The notes below the pieces were generated by a model. The model saw only the letters and a program-made list of their open reading frames with translations, did not search any database and was not told where the DNA came from. Positions 60,701-64,000 of a stretch of DNA of 64,000 nt are shown here, piece after piece (positions within the stretch are counted from its first letter, which is position 1; each line of letters starts with the position of its first letter). This stretch comes from Azolla caroliniana (lineage: Eukaryota; Plantae; Polypodiophyta), in contig JBHGNT010000015.1 in NCBI GenBank assembly GCA_043228905.1, positions 8,246,001 through 8,310,000 on the forward strand. The letters run 5' to 3'. Position numbers and translations under genes: made by a program.

Positions 60701-62910
60701 TCACTGGAATGAGGTTGTCGTCTGCAAGACTCCTCATCCCCTGCTCGCTCATGTGACACAGCCTCTTGTGCCACAGCTCACTGGCAGTGTCAGATGCCAC
60801 GTTCACTTCCTCCAGACATAACCGGGTATTCATCAGGTACAACGTGTTTACCTTCCGGGCCCGAGCCACAATCAGGCTCCCTTTGCTGAACTTCATAACA
60901 CCGTTCCGGATGCTACCCATGTAGCCTTCATCATCTAGCTGACCGGCTGATATCAGGTTCAGTCGAACCTCCGGAACGTGTCGGACATCCTTCAACAGCA
61001 TCTTGCATCCGGTTGGTGTTGACAGCCACACGTCTCCCATGTCGACAATTTGGCATGTACCTTCATTCCCCATCCGGACACAGCTGTGATCAACGACTGA
61101 GTAGGATGAGAAGCATTTCCGGCACGGGGTAAGGTGGAACGACGCTCCGGAATCGACCACCCAGGTCATCTCGTCGCCGGCGAGGTTTATCTCACTCTCC
61201 TCGGTGATGAGCATCAACTCTTCTTCACTTGCCGCGATTGCCGTCGTTCCCTTCCGGTCCGGCCCCCTCCGGTCTTTACCGTTCCGGTCTAGGGTCCGCT
61301 TCGAATCGGTACCGTCAGTTTCCTTGTCCTTTCGGAAATGCCGACAATTCTTCTGGAAGTGTCCCGGTGTGCCGCAATAGAAGCAAGTAGGCCTCCCCCT
61401 TGACTTTGACCGCGTCCCCGACTTTTCCCGGTTCTGGGGACTACGGTTCCTTTGTCTTCCTCGTTCCGATTCGGTAAGGAGCGCTTTGGAGTCGAATCTC
61501 GTATCCTTATCTTTTCGACGCGCCTCCTCATCTAACAAGCTTGACTTTACTCTTGCTACGGATAACCGTTTCCCTTCCGGCCCGGCGTTGCCCAAGGTGA
61601 CAACCAACGTCTCCCAGCTATCTGGGAGGGAACCGAGCAGGAGTAGCGCTAGTACCTCATCGGCGAGAGGTACTTCCAATGATGTTGCCTGGTGGATCAG
61701 CCCCTGGAAGGCATTCATGTGCTCCGTCACGCTGGAGCCATCTTGGTACCGGAGTCTTACTAGCTTCCGGAATACCGACACCTGGTTAACGACGTTTTTG
61801 TTTTGAAACATAATGTCGATCTTCTCCCAGAGCTCATGAGCCTTGCTCTCTTCATTGAAGTTGTTGTATAGGCTCATGTCGATGAAGCACCGTATGTATG
61901 CCGTTGTCTTCATGTGCATCACCTCCCATATCGTGGCGTCGATCTTGTCCGGTCTCTTGTCCCCGAACTGAACCGGCAACCAAAGATCTTTAACCACGAG
62001 CATGTCCCTCATCTTCGACTTCCACACTGAATAGTTGGAGCCGGTGAGCTTGAACATGCCTCCCAATGAATCGTCCATTGTCTGTGTCGTTTTGCTCTGA
62101 TACCATTTGACAGGAACTACACGTTCCGTTTACTCGACGCTCGGCCACAACCGAGCCTAGAATAAAACACAGAAAAGAAAAGAAAAAACAGGGAATGAAA
62201 CACAACACGATAGAGAGAAGAGTACACAGGATGTTTACGTGGAAAACCCAAACTCGGGAAAAACCACGACAGCCCACAGACCGCGAACTATCACTATGTC
62301 AGAATGTACAATAAGAAAGCACTGAGGTCATGACCTCGAGCTTGCTATCTTCGCCACAGGCGGCGGTTACAATCAGAGGCAACAACCTCTTCTTCTCTCT
62401 CTCTCTCTCTCTGTACACAGTTGCACGCTCTAATCTTGCGCCAACAAGAATGACAACAACACCCTCTAAAGTTTGCCCTAAGTCATATTTATACTAATGT
62501 GACTTTTCGTCTATTTACAAACATAGCCCCGATGGACTCTCAGTAAAACATATTTACGGATATGTCCCTTCATCCGGTGAGCACTCCTCACCGGGCTTGC
62601 ATCATCCGGCGCTTGCCGGGTACTCTTCATCCGGTTCTCACCGGGTCTTCCGTTTCCGGGTACTCCTCATCCGGTTCTCACCGGGTCTCCACCATCCGGC
62701 TCTCCGTAGTCGGGTACTCGTTATCCGGTTCTCACCGGGTCTGCACCATCCGGCTCTCCGTTTCCGGGTACTCGTCATCCGGTTCTCACCGGGTCTTCCG
62801 TGGTTGGGTATTCCTCATCCGGTTTCGGTCTCAGCCTATCGGCCTCGACCGAGTTTGCTCATTAGTATTGTTCTTCTCACTTCCCATCCGGAGGGACCGG
62901 TTTCCTAATA
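57769..62910 (-). mobile_element. Ty1/Copia element I (degenerate; 3' LTR truncated)
   Basis: 5' LTR 62108-62910; iMet PBS at about 62094-62105; gag-PR-INT ORF 60414-62078 (CFYCGTPGHFQKNC, WVVDSGAS); RT/RH 58030-59707; PPT 58020-58032; 3' LTR remnant 57769-58019. Confidence 0.92.
62570..62830. repeat. Tandem ~20/40-bp subrepeats within the Copia I LTR (also 57769-57965)
   Basis: Alternating catccggttctcaccgggtc and catccggctctccgt units. Confidence 0.8.
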
Positions 62911-64000
62911 TTAGCCACTGATAAAAAATGGGAAATAAGAATGGAGTGGGAAAACATATGGAGTACGATAACGACATATTTGTCGAGCAAGGGTGAATCC
63001 CCCTTGGCTCTTCTTTTGAACCCAAGTCAATGAGACTTTTCTCTTGGAATGTGCAAGGACTTGGTGGGTCCCATTGTTGTCCACAAGAATAGTAACCGAC
63101 GGACAAGAGCGTAGGAATAGGAAATAGTATAAGATTGTAACGCATGTAACGGTTCACGCAGGAAGCATGAATGGCTAAAAAGACCCTGCGTATATAAAGG
63201 GAAGAAAACCTCTGATAAAGGGGGCGTGTAATTTTGGAATGTAAAGAAGCGTATCGTAATAGAATTCTATCTTCTTTGATACCTGTGTATAGCTACGACT
63301 AATCTACTATGTGCCTGTAATACCTAAGAGTGTAGAAGTAAGCAACGTGAGTGTGTAGCCACAGTTAAGGAGTTTGGTTGTAGCCGTCTCCCTTCTACGC
63401 TGCTAGGTTACGGGGTACATTCCCCTACGTATTACGCACAGACGCCACCGTTCGTTGTTTCATAGTCACTTGGAGGTCTAGGTCGAAGGACTGACTGTAG
63501 ACCGTGTTCCTAATCGTTGACACTTTTGGCACGCTTGGTGATCTGTGTCTTCTCACAGACGAACAACGACGAATGGATATTTAGCCGCAGACGCCCCAGA
63601 GAACCAACACGACAAGACCGGCCAATCATAAGGTCCTCAACGACCTTAGTACTACCTGTTGTGAACACACCCGTAGCCCCTAGCATGGCTTTTGCCTATC
63701 CCCGCTTTAACTCATATTCGCATGTTCCTCAATGTCTGGAATGCAAACCACATGGCGTAGAGCCTTTCTGAGGCGGTAGCACACCAGTCCAAAATGACGG
63801 AGTTCGGGTTAACATTGGATGGGCTAACGGCCGAAAGGCAATAAAAACCCTTGAAGAGAAACTTGTTGCGGAGGTAGCACAACACATCCGGACAAAAGAC
63901 GAAAACGCCCAATTACGGGAGGAAGCGAAGAAATCGGAGGCGGCAATCGCGGGACTCCGGACCTTATTGGAGAGAAAGAAGGTATGGTTCGACGAGCAGC
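62911..64000 (+). mobile_element. 5' end of another LTR element K: partial LTR to 63522, tRNA-Arg-type PBS, start of a disrupted ORF
   Basis: TATATAAAGGG at about 63191; LTR end ...TTGACA; TGGCACGCTTGGTG at 63527-63540; charged helical reading frame after about 63685. Confidence 0.65.

Noticed and set aside
62570-62830. CRISPR-like repeat array
   Set aside because: The units have no unique spacers, lie within both LTRs of a Copia element, and no cas genes are present.
1-64000. Prokaryotic or viral system (defence island, retron, endogenous virus)
   Set aside because: All RT domains sit in LTR or LINE contexts, and the only cellular gene is spliceosomal-intron-containing.

Overview
Eukaryotic, TE-rich plant genomic DNA; the element types and giant introns suggest a non-seed plant such as a fern (inference). 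Bases 1-31932 are a deeply nested LTR-retrotransposon stack: Copia G > Copia F > Gypsy C > Gypsy B > Gypsy A and Gypsy D, with Gypsy E inside the 3' LTR of C. One intact 7-exon host gene, an ARMC7 (armadillo-repeat protein 7) homologue of 177 aa, spans 32231-52908. Its introns hold Copia relics, solo LTRs, an RTEX-like LINE family and a long inverted-repeat element. The 3' end has a 1.6-kb palindromic LTR-like element, a degenerate Copia and the 5' end of another LTR element. The main finding is in full-length Gypsy A (7176-16120; GCAGT TSD; LTRs about 98% identical). It has no polypurine tract. In that position is an opposite-orientation, extended match to the 3' half of a tRNA-Arg, in addition to the normal 5' PBS, which suggests both cDNA strands may be tRNA-primed. 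Other findings: a candidate -1 frameshift signal between protease and RT in Gypsy D, a long coiled-coil ORF in frame after integrase in A, a PIP-box in the LINE, and an AG-microsatellite splice acceptor. All coordinates were read by eye. tRNA and family assignments are from recall and need database confirmation.
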